Positions 47,799-57,665 of a stretch of 64,000 nucleotides of DNA are shown here, one piece after another. The stretch spans positions 5,257-69,256 of the forward strand of contig JBDRBC010000187.1 in NCBI GenBank assembly GCA_043823125.1. Reading direction: 5' to 3'. How positions within the stretch are numbered: the first letter of the stretch is position 1; each line of letters starts with the position of its first letter. The notes under the pieces were generated by a model. The model was not told the origin of the DNA, did not search any database, and saw only the letters and a program-made list of their open reading frames with translations. A program made the position numbers and the translations under genes. This DNA comes from a bacterium. GTDB taxonomy: Bacteria; Krumholzibacteriota; Krumholzibacteriia; LZORAL124-64-63.

Positions 47799-48764
47799 AT
47801 GTCGACATTGACCCTCGCCAAGGTGTATGAGGATCTCCAGATACCGCTCGCCCTCGAGCTGCTGGACACCGATGTGGACCTGAATGTCCAGGTGACCGCC
47901 CGGGACGTGCACCGTCCCGGCATGGCCTTGATGGGCTTCACGGCCAACTTCTTGCCCGGGCGGCTCCAGGTCATGGGCGAGTCCGAGATGGCCTATCTCG
48001 CCTCTCTCTCACCGGCGGAGCAGGCCACGGCATTCGCCAGGGTGCTGGAACTGGACGCGCCGGCCTGTTTCATCTCCCAGAGTCTCGATGCGCCGGCGAC
48101 CATCCTGAATTTCGTCAACGAACACCGGGTGCCGCTCTTCCGGTCGTCGCTGCCAGCTGTGGATTTCATCACCGAGCTGTCCCACTATCTCGAGCACCAG
48201 TTCGCTCCCCGTACCGATCTGCACGGGACCCTGGTGGATGTGTACGGCGTAGGCATGCTGTTCACGGGACGGAGCGGGATCGGCAAGAGTGAATGCGCCC
48301 TCGACCTGGTGGAACGGGGGCACCGGCTGGTGGCCGACGATATCGTGGAGGTCACCAAAACCGGCGAGGACATCATCGTCGGTAGCCACCGCAAGATCCT
48401 CCGCCACAACATCGAGATCCGAGGCGTCGGCGTCATCGACGTCCAGTCGATCTACGGCGTACGCGCCATTCGTATGCAGAAACGGATCGAGCTGGAAGTC
48501 CGGTTGCAGGACTGGGACGATCGTGAGGATTACGAGCGTCTAGGGCTGGAACAGCAGACCACCGCCATTCTGGGCGTCTCCATTCCCAGCGTGGTCGTGC
48601 CGTTGTTTCCCGGCAAGAATATCACCGTCATCTCCGAGGTCATCGCCCTCGATTTCATGTTGAAATTCTACGGATATGACGCCGCGCAGGTGCTCAACCA
48701 GCGGATTCTGGAATCCATGGGGCAGAGCGAACAGATTCGTTACTTCCAACGGGACAAGGAGTGA
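47799..48764 (+). CDS. hprK: HPr kinase/phosphorylase
   Basis: Walker A GRSGIGKSECALDLV and the HprK signature …EIRGVGVID…. Confidence 0.85.
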   Translation: MSTLTLAKVYEDLQIPLALELLDTDVDLNVQVTARDVHRPGMALMGFTANFLPGRLQVMGESEMAYLASLSPAEQATAFARVLELDAPACFISQSLDAPATILNFVNEHRVPLFRSSLPAVDFITELSHYLEHQFAPRTDLHGTLVDVYGVGMLFTGRSGIGKSECALDLVERGHRLVADDIVEVTKTGEDIIVGSHRKILRHNIEIRGVGVIDVQSIYGVRAIRMQKRIELEVRLQDWDDREDYERLGLEQQTTAILGVSIPSVVVPLFPGKNITVISEVIALDFMLKFYGYDAAQVLNQRILESMGQSEQIRYFQRDKE

Positions 48765-48774
48765 GGCGACCAGC

Positions 48775-49188
48775 ATGGTGCAAGGGCTGGTGATCACCCA
48801 CGGAAAACTGGGCAGTGAGCTGATCAAGGTCGTCGGTCAAGTCATGGGGATGGTGGGTGATCTCACCGATCTTTCCAACGAGGGCCTGTCGGCATTGACC
48901 TTGCAGACGGAAATCGCCTGCTGGCTCGACCGTGCCGAGGTGACTGCAGCGGGCGCGATCCTGTTCATCGACGATTTTGGCGGGAGCTGCGCCAGCAGCG
49001 CCCAGCTCGCCTGTGGCGAACAGTCGCAGGTGGTGATCCTGAGCGGCGTGAACCTGGCCATGCTACTCGCCTTCGTGTCGTGGCGTGAATCCCTGCCACT
49101 GCCCGAACTGTCTCAGCGGCTGGTGGAGAAGGGGCGCTCGGCCATCGTGCGCATCGGTCAGACCGGGAGGCCCGAGCCGAATTCATGA
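48775..49188 (+). CDS. PTS EIIA component, mannose/fructose/sorbose family
   Basis: MVQGLVITHGKLGSELIKVV… EIIA-Man-like with a His in the VITHG context. The 5' part of the track ORF overlaps hprK. Confidence 0.65.
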   Translation: MVQGLVITHGKLGSELIKVVGQVMGMVGDLTDLSNEGLSALTLQTEIACWLDRAEVTAAGAILFIDDFGGSCASSAQLACGEQSQVVILSGVNLAMLLAFVSWRESLPLPELSQRLVEKGRSAIVRIGQTGRPEPNS

Positions 49189-49691
49189 AGATCACCCTCG
49201 CCCTGATAGACGACCGCTTCATTCACGGCCAGGTCACCGCCGGCTGGTGCCAGATACTCCAACCGGACCATCTGCTCCTGTCGAATAACGAGATAGCTGC
49301 CGATCCCTGGCAGTGTCGTGTCTACAGCAGTTCCGTGCCGCCCGAGATTCGGGTATCTATTCAGAATACCAGTGAAACGGCTGTGTATCTGCACCAGCCA
49401 CCCGCCACGACAACCGCCACCGAAGACGTCATTCTGATCACCGGGAATCCTCAGGACATGCTGTTCCTCCATCGGTACGGGGTGGCGCTCACCGAGATCA
49501 ACGTAGGGGGCATGCATTACGCGCCCGGTAAACTGGAAGTGCTGCCGTTCGTTTATCTCGATCGTCAGGATATCGCCAGCATGCGCTCGCTGCTGGCTGC
49601 CGGCGCGAAGCTGTCGGCGCGGCAGGTGCCAGGAGCCAAGGAGACGGTGATCGATCCGGAGATGCTGGTGAAACTGGAGGCGCGACTGTGA
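49185..49691 (+). CDS. PTS EIIB component, mannose/sorbose family
   Basis: MKITLALIDDRFIHGQVTAGW… is the phospho-His motif of PTSIIB_sorb. Confidence 0.7.
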   Translation: MKITLALIDDRFIHGQVTAGWCQILQPDHLLLSNNEIAADPWQCRVYSSSVPPEIRVSIQNTSETAVYLHQPPATTTATEDVILITGNPQDMLFLHRYGVALTEINVGGMHYAPGKLEVLPFVYLDRQDIASMRSLLAAGAKLSARQVPGAKETVIDPEMLVKLEARL

Positions 49692-50446
49692 TCTGCTGGG
49701 CAGTGCTGTCGGTGGGAGGGGACGGGCTATTGCTGGGCCCTCTGCTGTCGCTGGCGTTGCTGGGGGCCGTCCTGACCCTGGACGATACTGCTCTGGCCCA
49801 GACCTGGTTGAGTCAACCGTTGCCGGCGGCCCTGCTCGCCGGGATGGTGTGTGGCGCGCCGTTGACCGGATTGATGCTCGGAATACCGTTCCAGCTCGTG
49901 ACCCTCGGCAATCTGCCCGTGGGACAGTCTTTTTTCAGCGACAAGGTCAGTGCGGTGGTCGCCGGGGTTGGCGCCGCAGCCCTGTCCGGTCAAACACTGT
50001 CCTTCTGGCCCGGTGCAACCACAATGACCGGCGCTAGCGGGATGTTGGGCTGGATCCTGCTGGCCATGGTTCTGTGCAGTTTCGCGGGTCACTGGAGTAT
50101 CCAGCTCGAAAGGCGGGCCTTCGTCGTTTGGATGCAGGAAGGGCACCGCAGCCTGCGCGATGGGAAATTGCGCCGGTTCGATCTGATCCTGCTCCGGTGC
50201 CTGGCCACCACGGCATTACGCGGATTCGGTCTGAGTCTGCTCTGGCTCTGCGTGTTGGTCCTGGTCTGGATCCCGGTGTACCAGCAGCTCCCCTCTCGCC
50301 TGCAGGATGCCCTGGCTATCATGCCCATGCTGGTACCGCCCCTGGCGGTTGGCATCTTGCTCAATCTGTACGGTGCCAAACGGAATTGGGTCTGGATGTT
50401 CGGTGGGTTCTTGCTGGCGTTCGGGTTGATCCGGTTTCTTGTGTGA
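49688..50446 (+). CDS. PTS EIIC component, mannose/sorbose family (membrane)
   Basis: Polytopic membrane protein of about 250 aa lying between IIB and IID, with an ATGA overlap. Confidence 0.6.
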   Translation: MICWAVLSVGGDGLLLGPLLSLALLGAVLTLDDTALAQTWLSQPLPAALLAGMVCGAPLTGLMLGIPFQLVTLGNLPVGQSFFSDKVSAVVAGVGAAALSGQTLSFWPGATTMTGASGMLGWILLAMVLCSFAGHWSIQLERRAFVVWMQEGHRSLRDGKLRRFDLILLRCLATTALRGFGLSLLWLCVLVLVWIPVYQQLPSRLQDALAIMPMLVPPLAVGILLNLYGAKRNWVWMFGGFLLAFGLIRFLV

Positions 50447-50480
50447 GTGTAGTAAGCTGTAATCAGGATATGAGATAGCA

Positions 50481-51281
50481 ATGAAGCCTTCGGAAGACAA
50501 ACCGTCCCGGCCGCCCGAGCATTTGTCACCTGACCACTTGCCGGCGACGGTGCTGGGGGAGATCTGGGTCCGGTCCCTGGCTATTCAGGCGGGGTGGAAT
50601 CCCCAGCGGATGCAGAATCTGGGGCTCCTGACGACACTGCTGCCGTGGTTGCGCCGAAGAACCCCCGGGTTGCAAGGACGGCGATTTTTCTGTCGTCGAC
50701 ATTTCGAGCTGTTCAACACCAATCCGTATCTCGCCAACTTCATTGTGGGCGGGCTGTTACGGCTGGAGGAGGAACGGCGTGACGCTGACCGGGGCCAGTC
50801 GGCTCAGATCAAGATGGTCAAGAACAGCCTGGCTCGAAGTTTTGCGTCGCTGGGGGATCAGTTCTTCTGGTTGGGACTGCAACCAGCGCTCCTGTTGCTG
50901 GCCTGTCTGCTGGGATTCTGGTGGGGCATCTGGCCGGGACTGCTGGTTATCGTGGTTTTCGCCTTGTCACAGCTCGAGTTACGGCGACGATCCCTGGCCA
51001 TCGGTTATCGGCTGGGACTGGATATCGTCGATGTCCTGGACCATCCAGGATGGCACCACTGCATCCGCCAGGCCAAAAGAGTGTCCTTGGTCCTGGTGGG
51101 AAGCTTCATGGGATGTTATCTTGCGCGGCTGTTCAACTCCGGTCCACATCTGCCGATACTTCTGGTACTGGTGAGTGTGCCGTTGGCAGTTGGTCTACCA
51201 GCCCTGTGGCGTTTACGTTTCGCAGGGGAAGGGTGGTTCATGTTGGCGCTACCACTTGCTCTCGTACTGACATACTTGTAA
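50481..51281 (+). CDS. PTS EIID component, mannose/sorbose family (membrane)
   Basis: …NTNPYLANFIVGGLLRLEE… is an EIID-Man hallmark region; C-terminal TM helices. Confidence 0.65.
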   Translation: MKPSEDKPSRPPEHLSPDHLPATVLGEIWVRSLAIQAGWNPQRMQNLGLLTTLLPWLRRRTPGLQGRRFFCRRHFELFNTNPYLANFIVGGLLRLEEERRDADRGQSAQIKMVKNSLARSFASLGDQFFWLGLQPALLLLACLLGFWWGIWPGLLVIVVFALSQLELRRRSLAIGYRLGLDIVDVLDHPGWHHCIRQAKRVSLVLVGSFMGCYLARLFNSGPHLPILLVLVSVPLAVGLPALWRLRFAGEGWFMLALPLALVLTYL

Positions 51282-51330
51282 GGTGTTAGGTCAACCGGGG
51301 CATCTTCCGGGAAAACAAGGATAGAGACTC

Positions 51331-51609
51331 TTGCAGATCGCCAAAGCAACCGTTTCAGATCCTGTCGGCTTCCACTTACGGGCCGCCGGCCGGATCGTCA
51401 AGCTGACCAAGAACTTCAGCTCAGAGGTCACCATTCGTTACCAGGGACGGTCCGCCAATGCCAAGAGCATCATGGGACTGGCCAGCCTGGCGGCTGAATT
51501 CGGGGGCCAGGTGGAGATCGAGGTGGATGGTACGGATGAATCCAGTGCGTTGCAGGCAATCGTGCAGCTGATCGAAGTCGAATTGGCACTCCCGGAAAAA
51601 GCTGGCTAG
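51331..51609 (+). CDS. ptsH: Phosphocarrier protein HPr
   Basis: …GFHLRAAGRIV… has the His15 context, and …KSIMGLASL… the Ser46 context; 92 aa; TTG start. Confidence 0.75.
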   Translation: MQIAKATVSDPVGFHLRAAGRIVKLTKNFSSEVTIRYQGRSANAKSIMGLASLAAEFGGQVEIEVDGTDESSALQAIVQLIEVELALPEKAG

Positions 51610-51612
51610 ACG

Positions 51613-53370
51613 ATGTTTACTGTTCAGGGCATACCCGCCTCTCCCGGTTTCGCTGTCGGTCCGCTGTACGGGATCCGCAAGGAGTCTCTGGTGGCGCCGC
51701 GGAGGGCAATCGAAGCCTCCGAGGTGGCGGTGGAGACCAAGCGTTTCGAGCGGGCCGTTGCCCGGGCCAAGATCGAGATCCAGGTGCTGATCGATCAACT
51801 CGACCACGACCTGGGGCCGGAGGAGGCCGAGATCTTCTCCAGCCAGCTCCTGATTCTCGAGGACGAACTCACCTGGGACAAGACCCTCGCCATCATCCGG
51901 GCGGAGCATATGAACGCCGAGGCCGCCTTCGCGCGGGCCATCGCCGACATCGTCATGCAGTTCCACGATATCAAGGATCCCACCTTCCGGGACCGCATCA
52001 TCGATCTGCGTGACGTGGAGGAACGGGTGTTGATGGCGCTGCTCGAGCGCGAGACCTTGCCCGTCCGGGGACCGACCAAACCGAGCGTGGTCGCAGCGCG
52101 TAATTTGACCCCTTCCGATACGGCGATCATCGGTCGCGAGAACGTTCTGGCCTTCGTGCTGGATGAAGGGGGACAGACGAGCCACGTGGCGATTCTTGCC
52201 CGCTCCATCGGGGTGCCGGCGGTGGTGGGGTTGCGCGATCTGAGCGGTCAGCTCACCGAGGGCAAGCTGGTGGCGGTGGACGGCAACGAGGGCCAGGTCA
52301 TCCTCGATCCCGACCGGGAAACCCACCAGTACTTCCTGACGCGCAGCAACGAGCAGGTGACGGTGAATCGTCATCTGGAGCAGTTACGCGATCTGGACGC
52401 CGTGACTCCCGACGGCCACCGGGTGCGGTTGATGGCCAACGTCGAGTTGCCCATCGAGCTGGACGAGATCCTGGCGCGCGGCGCCGAGGGCATCGGACTG
52501 TTGCGCACCGAGTATCTCTACTTCCAGCACGGGAGTATCCCGTCCGAAGAGGAACAGGTAGTGGCCTATACCGACGTCCTCCAGCGCATGAACGGTAAAC
52601 CGGTGGTGTTCCGCACTCTCGACGTGGGCGGCGACAAGGTGTCTGATTATCTCGGCGCCAAACGCGAGTACAATCCGTTTCTCGGCTGGCGCGGCATCCG
52701 TTTCTGTCTGGCCAATCGTACCCTCTTCAAAAACCAGGTTCGCGCCATCTACCGAGCTGCCGTGACGGGACCGGTCAAGATCATGTTTCCCATGATCACC
52801 GGGGTGGAGGAGTTACGTGCCGCGCTGGACGTCTGTCTAGAATCACGGTTCGAGCTGCAGCGAGACGGTCTACCGTGCGGCACCGGCGTGCAGCTCGGAA
52901 TCATGGTCGAGACCCCGTCGGCCGCCACCATCGCCGATCTGCTGGCCCAGGAGTGCGATTTCTTCAGTATCGGCACCAACGACCTGATCCAGTATTCCCT
53001 GGCCATGGATCGTGGGAACAGCCGGGTGGCGTATCTTTACCGACCGCTCCATCCGGCCGTCTTGCGGACCCTGCAGCAGATCGTCACCGCTGGGCACGAG
53101 GCAGGGATCTGGGTCAGCATCTGCGGTGAAATGGGTTCCGAGACTCGCTTCGCCGAGGTGCTGCTCGGTCTCGGACTCGATGAGATCAGCTTGCACGGCG
53201 CTGCCTTACCCAAGGTCAAGCAGGTCATTCGCTGGACCGAGTACCAGGAAGCCCGCAACCTGGTGGCCGAGCTGCTGGCGTTGAAGACGGCCGCCGAGGC
53301 CGATGCGTTTCTAGCGCGCTATATCGCTCGTCGCAAGGAACAGCGCGCCCAGAAAGGGACTGGATCATGA
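51613..53370 (+). CDS. ptsI: Phosphoenolpyruvate-protein phosphotransferase (Enzyme I)
   Basis: …GGQTSHVAILARSIGVPAVVG… phospho-His region and a PEP-utilizing C-terminal domain; 585 aa. Confidence 0.9.
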   Translation: MFTVQGIPASPGFAVGPLYGIRKESLVAPRRAIEASEVAVETKRFERAVARAKIEIQVLIDQLDHDLGPEEAEIFSSQLLILEDELTWDKTLAIIRAEHMNAEAAFARAIADIVMQFHDIKDPTFRDRIIDLRDVEERVLMALLERETLPVRGPTKPSVVAARNLTPSDTAIIGRENVLAFVLDEGGQTSHVAILARSIGVPAVVGLRDLSGQLTEGKLVAVDGNEGQVILDPDRETHQYFLTRSNEQVTVNRHLEQLRDLDAVTPDGHRVRLMANVELPIELDEILARGAEGIGLLRTEYLYFQHGSIPSEEEQVVAYTDVLQRMNGKPVVFRTLDVGGDKVSDYLGAKREYNPFLGWRGIRFCLANRTLFKNQVRAIYRAAVTGPVKIMFPMITGVEELRAALDVCLESRFELQRDGLPCGTGVQLGIMVETPSAATIADLLAQECDFFSIGTNDLIQYSLAMDRGNSRVAYLYRPLHPAVLRTLQQIVTAGHEAGIWVSICGEMGSETRFAEVLLGLGLDEISLHGAALPKVKQVIRWTEYQEARNLVAELLALKTAAEADAFLARYIARRKEQRAQKGTGS

Positions 53371-54440
53371 GCGATTCGCCAACCGCCGGGTCCGCCGAGA
53401 TGTTGCAATACATCCGGGCCTTGCCGGACCAGCTCGCTGCCAGCGGCGACTTGCCCGGTCTGGACGGTTTCCAACCGCTGACGCAAACGGTACGACAGAT
53501 CGTCTTGTGCGGCATGGGTGGCTCGGCCATCGCCGGCGATCTGGCGCGGCCGCTATGTGAAAACGCCGGCTTACCGCTCTGGAGTCAGCGTGATTACGGA
53601 CTGCCGAACTGGGTGCAAGACGACACGCTCGTGGTGGTCAGCAGTTATTCGGGTGGCACTGCGGAAACCCTCTCCGCCCTAACCGCAGCCCAGCGGCGGG
53701 GTTGTCCTCTGTTCGCCCTGACCTCGGGGGGGGAGTTGCGGGAACGAGCCCAACGCCCGGTCGGGACCGGTTTTCCCGCGGTGATCTTACCCGGTGGTTT
53801 GCCGCCCCGGGCGTCCCTCGGTTTCGGGCTCGGTGCCCTGTTGCACGGGTTGAGTCGACGGCTGAACAAACCGGATTTACGCGCAGATATCCCCGACGCG
53901 CTGTCCGTGTTGCGGGAGGGAAACGAACTCTACGATCCCGGTGATTCCGCTGCCACGCAACCGGTCGACAACCCAGCGGCGGCGGTGGCGACGGACTGTC
54001 TGCACCGCTTCCTCGTGATCTACTCTGCCTCGCCGGAGTCCCACGGCCCCGGCGGGCGTTTGCGGGCCCAGGTGAACGAGAACGCCAAGTCGCCTGCTGG
54101 TAGTTATCAATTTCCCGAACTGGATCACAACGATATCATGGGCTGGGATCTATCACCGGCGCAGCGTGAATATTTCGGTCTGCTCCTGTTGCGAAGTCAG
54201 GACGAGGATCCGCGAAATTCCCAACGGGTTTCCGTGACCGTCGATCTGCTTGCCAGCGAGTTTGCGGTTGTGAACGCGGTTCACGCCCGTGGCGCCACCA
54301 GCCTGGGCCGCATCATGTCCCTGGTTCAGTTCGGCGACTATCTTTCCTGGTACCTGGCCAGGGAGCGTGGCGTCGATCCCATGCCGGTCCACCGCATCGA
54401 CCTTCTGAAGCAACAACTGCAGAAAGGGTCTGAGGTATGA
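53367..54440 (+). CDS. Bifunctional phosphoglucose/phosphomannose isomerase family (SIS)
   Basis: …LCGMGGSAIAGDL…VVVSSYSGGTAETL… twin SIS layout typical of archaeal/bacterial PGI/PMI. Confidence 0.7.
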   Translation: MSDSPTAGSAEMLQYIRALPDQLAASGDLPGLDGFQPLTQTVRQIVLCGMGGSAIAGDLARPLCENAGLPLWSQRDYGLPNWVQDDTLVVVSSYSGGTAETLSALTAAQRRGCPLFALTSGGELRERAQRPVGTGFPAVILPGGLPPRASLGFGLGALLHGLSRRLNKPDLRADIPDALSVLREGNELYDPGDSAATQPVDNPAAAVATDCLHRFLVIYSASPESHGPGGRLRAQVNENAKSPAGSYQFPELDHNDIMGWDLSPAQREYFGLLLLRSQDEDPRNSQRVSVTVDLLASEFAVVNAVHARGATSLGRIMSLVQFGDYLSWYLARERGVDPMPVHRIDLLKQQLQKGSEV

Positions 54441-55405
54441 AAGCCGTCATTCCCGCCGCGGGCATCGGTAAGCGGTTACGACCGCATACACTGAATAAAC
54501 CCAAGGCGCTGTTACCGGTGGCTGGTAAACCAATCATCGGTCATATTGTGGATGATCTCTGCGCTGCCGGCATCGACGAACTCGTGATCATCATCGGGTA
54601 CATGGGTGCCGCTGTGCGGAAATGGTTTGCTGCCGCCGGTCCCGATGTCCCGGTGACTTTCGTTGTACAGCGTGAACGACTAGGCCTGGGGCACGCCATC
54701 TGGACCGCTCGAGATGCTCTCGGTGACGAGCCGTTCTTCTGTATTCTGGGCGACACGATTCTGAAAGCGGATTACAGTGCCCTGGTTCATGGCGAGACGA
54801 ACTTGATCGGGGTCTGCGCGGTTGATGATCCGAGGCGTTTCGGGGTCGTCGATACGGATAGGGATTGCATCACGGCCTTTGTGGAGAAGCCCGATGTGCC
54901 CCCGACCAATCTGGCCATCGTTGGCGCGTATCTCTTCCGGGATGGAGCTGAGCTGTGGCGTTCCCTCGATCACTTGATCAACCAGGATATCCGCACCAAG
55001 GGAGAATACCAGTTAACGGACGCGCTGCAGCTCATGGTCAACGCCGGGATACCGTTCACGGCGGTGCCGGTGGACGGTTGGTACGATTGTGGGAAACCCG
55101 AGACCTGGCTCGAGACCAACCGGGTCCTGCTCGATAAAGCCGAAAGAACCGGAGCGTCACCGGGAGTGACTGCTCCGTGTGCCGTTGCTCCGGATGCGAC
55201 CTTGGTCGAATCCCGGATCGGGCCGCACGTGACCATCGGCTCTGGCACCACCATCACCCATTGCGAACTGGCGGATTGTGTCATCGGCGCCGGATCGCAC
55301 CTGGAAAATTGTCGCTTGACCGGTTCCCTGATCGGGGAGCGCTGTCAGGTCAACAATGTGGTTGGCCAGGTGAATGTCGGCGATTTCGCCGAGTTGAGAC
55401 TGTAA
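54437..55405 (+). CDS. Sugar-1-phosphate nucleotidyltransferase with C-terminal left-handed beta-helix (GlmU/RmlA/ManC-like)
   Basis: MKAVIPAAGIGKRLRPHTLNKPKALLPVAGKPII… NTP_transferase signature plus hexapeptide repeats. Confidence 0.7.
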   Translation: MKAVIPAAGIGKRLRPHTLNKPKALLPVAGKPIIGHIVDDLCAAGIDELVIIIGYMGAAVRKWFAAAGPDVPVTFVVQRERLGLGHAIWTARDALGDEPFFCILGDTILKADYSALVHGETNLIGVCAVDDPRRFGVVDTDRDCITAFVEKPDVPPTNLAIVGAYLFRDGAELWRSLDHLINQDIRTKGEYQLTDALQLMVNAGIPFTAVPVDGWYDCGKPETWLETNRVLLDKAERTGASPGVTAPCAVAPDATLVESRIGPHVTIGSGTTITHCELADCVIGAGSHLENCRLTGSLIGERCQVNNVVGQVNVGDFAELRL

Positions 55406-55492
55406 GGCTCAGGCGGACGGTTGGGAAACCGGTACCGGTTGTACCCAACGGATTCGCGCACACCAGCAATACGTAGCACGGGAGGAAGATCC

Positions 55493-56638
55493 ATGGCCGA
55501 GCGCCATTTATTCACCAGTGAATCCGTGACTGAAGGGCATCCCGACAAGGTGGCGGATCAGATCTCCGATGCCGTCGTCGACGAGATCCTCAGGGCGGAC
55601 CCGTGGGGACGAGTGGCGTGTGAGACACTCGTTACCACCGGTATCGCTCTGGTCGCGGGCGAGATTTCCACGCAGACCTATGTCGATATTCCGCGGTTGG
55701 TCCGGGATACCATTCAGAAGATCGGTTACACCTCGGCCGAATTCGGGTTCGACTACGCGACCTGCGCGGTCTTGACAGCCATCGATGAACAGTCAGCGGA
55801 TATCTATCAAGGTGTGAAGACCGGGGGCGCCGGGGACCAGGGGTTGATGTTCGGGTATGCGTGTCGGGAAACCGATGTGCTCATGCCGCTGCCCATTCAC
55901 ATGGCGCACCGGCTCGCCCGACAACTGGCGACCATGCGCAAGGAAGGTGTGCTGCCGTGGGTGCGACCGGACGGCAAGACCCAGGTCACCATCGTCTACG
56001 AAAATGATCAGCCGGTGGCGGTGGATACCGTGGTTGTTTCGACGCAGCACGACGCCGAGGTTTCCAATGAAGACATCCACGAAGGGATTCTGACCCACGT
56101 CGTCGAACCGGTGCTCGCCCAGTTCCCCGTGGATCATGCCGGTTTCAAGCACCATATCAATCCCACCGGTCGTTTTGTCACCGGTGGCCCACTCGGCGAT
56201 TGCGGTCTCACCGGCCGCAAGATCATCGTCGACACCTACGGCGGCGCCGCTGCCCACGGTGGCGGTTGCTTCTCGGGCAAGGACGCCACCAAAGTGGACC
56301 GTTCCGCCAGTTATGCCGCCCGGCACGTGGCGAAGAACATTGTGGCCGCGGAACTCGCTGAGCGGTGTCAGGTGCAGGTGGCCTACGCAATCGGGGTGGC
56401 CGAGCCAGTCTCCGTGAACGTCAACACCTACGGCACTGGCAAGGCGGCCGATTCCCGTATCACGGCGGCGGTTCGAGAGGTGTTCGACTTGACTCCGCTG
56501 GGGATCATCGAACATCTCGATTTGCGGCGGCCGATCTTCAGCCCCACTGCGGCTTACGGCCACTTCGGTCGCGACGAAGATAGCTTCACCTGGGAACGAA
56601 CCGACATGGCCGACAAGCTGTCCGCGGCGGTGAGCTGA
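55493..56638 (+). CDS. metK: S-adenosylmethionine synthase
   Basis: [30 protein letters not shown]…GGGAFSGKD… canonical MetK. GGGAGGAAG SD. Confidence 0.9.
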   Translation: MAERHLFTSESVTEGHPDKVADQISDAVVDEILRADPWGRVACETLVTTGIALVAGEISTQTYVDIPRLVRDTIQKIGYTSAEFGFDYATCAVLTAIDEQSADIYQGVKTGGAGDQGLMFGYACRETDVLMPLPIHMAHRLARQLATMRKEGVLPWVRPDGKTQVTIVYENDQPVAVDTVVVSTQHDAEVSNEDIHEGILTHVVEPVLAQFPVDHAGFKHHINPTGRFVTGGPLGDCGLTGRKIIVDTYGGAAAHGGGCFSGKDATKVDRSASYAARHVAKNIVAAELAERCQVQVAYAIGVAEPVSVNVNTYGTGKAADSRITAAVREVFDLTPLGIIEHLDLRRPIFSPTAAYGHFGRDEDSFTWERTDMADKLSAAVS

Positions 56639-56705
56639 CCCCCGGTTCGGTGTCGCTGTATTCTCCGGTGAGAACCTCGGTACCGGGTGAGTACTCGGCG
56701 GGGAT

Positions 56706-56746
56706 AACCGCGAAAAAAATGACGGCGGAGCTAGGTGGCTCCGCCG
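56706..56746 (-). terminator. Putative Rho-independent terminator for the minus-strand PKD lipoprotein gene (hairpin cggcggagc-tagg-tggctccgccg followed on the minus strand by a T7 run)
   Basis: Plus strand reads gaaaaaaatgacggcggagctaggtggctccgccg, so on the minus strand the hairpin is followed by tcatttttttc. Confidence 0.4.
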
Positions 56747-56800
56747 ATTACGCATACCCGATATCCTGCGAAAACTTTCTGCTGAAACAGCGGACCCGAT

Positions 56801-57490
56801 TTACGGCTCTTCCGGTTCTTCCTCGAGCAGGGTGACGTCGAGATACAATGTATCCTTGCGCACGATATCCAGAGCGACATCCTCCAGGGTGACGATCACC
56901 TCGTGTACCGCTGTGCTGTCAGTGGCATAGACATGTCTCGGGGCGCGTCCCTTGTACACGGTGTTGTCGGCGTCATCCATATACCAGTTGTAGGTGAACC
57001 GCCCATAATCACCTGTCAGGGGATCGAACCCACACGCCTCAGCAAAGACATTGAATTGGATGGTGTCCGCGCTGGTGGCCATGTCTTCAGGATCGGATTC
57101 AGCCCAGATGCTCAAGGTATCACTCCGGACGACGACGATCACCGTATCGCGGGCCGTATCACCATCCTTGTCCTTGACCGTGACGACGACATCGTAGGTA
57201 CCGGGATTGTTGTAGGTGTGATACACGATGCTGCTGCCGCTGGTGGTCGTGTCGTCACCGAAATTCCAGTCGATGTCCAGATAGAGATTGGCACCCGTTG
57301 GATTGTCGAGCGCGTCGCCACCGCTGGCGATGGCGTAGAACTCCACCTGGAACGGGAGAACCCCGCAAGCGCCATTGGTGCCATTGGTGCTCACGCGGGT
57401 GAAGTACGGGGCTCGGTTCTCCTCCTTGCAGCCGATCATCACAACCGTGATCAGAGAGAACAACAGAAAGACAACACCGATCTTACGCAT
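56801..57490 (-). CDS. PKD-domain lipoprotein
   Basis: MRKIGVVFLLFSLITVVMIGC (lipobox IGC) followed by a PKD-like fold (…YHTYNNPGTYDVVVTVKD…). The 5' 54 nt of the track ORF precede the lipoprotein signal peptide. Confidence 0.6.
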   Translation of the reverse strand: MRKIGVVFLLFSLITVVMIGCKEENRAPYFTRVSTNGTNGACGVLPFQVEFYAIASGGDALDNPTGANLYLDIDWNFGDDTTTSGSSIVYHTYNNPGTYDVVVTVKDKDGDTARDTVIVVVRSDTLSIWAESDPEDMATSADTIQFNVFAEACGFDPLTGDYGRFTYNWYMDDADNTVYKGRAPRHVYATDSTAVHEVIVTLEDVALDIVRKDTLYLDVTLLEEEPEEP

Positions 57491-57665
57491 GGTGGTCACT
57501 AGCTCCATTGTGAGATGGGGTGGAGCAAGATCGACACAGGCCAACCCGAATCAGCCCGGCGACCTTATTCACAATCAAACATAAACCTAGGGCAGAGGCG
57601 GCATGGAGTCCAGAGAAAAGCCGACCGTGGTCAACACGGGACAAAGGTGGGGAGTGTTCAGCCCA

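Noticed and set aside
55406-55492. SAM-I (S-box) riboswitch upstream of metK
   Set aside because: The spacer is only 87 nt and lacks the S-box conserved segments. Only a generic palindrome was seen (reported as a low-interest finding instead).
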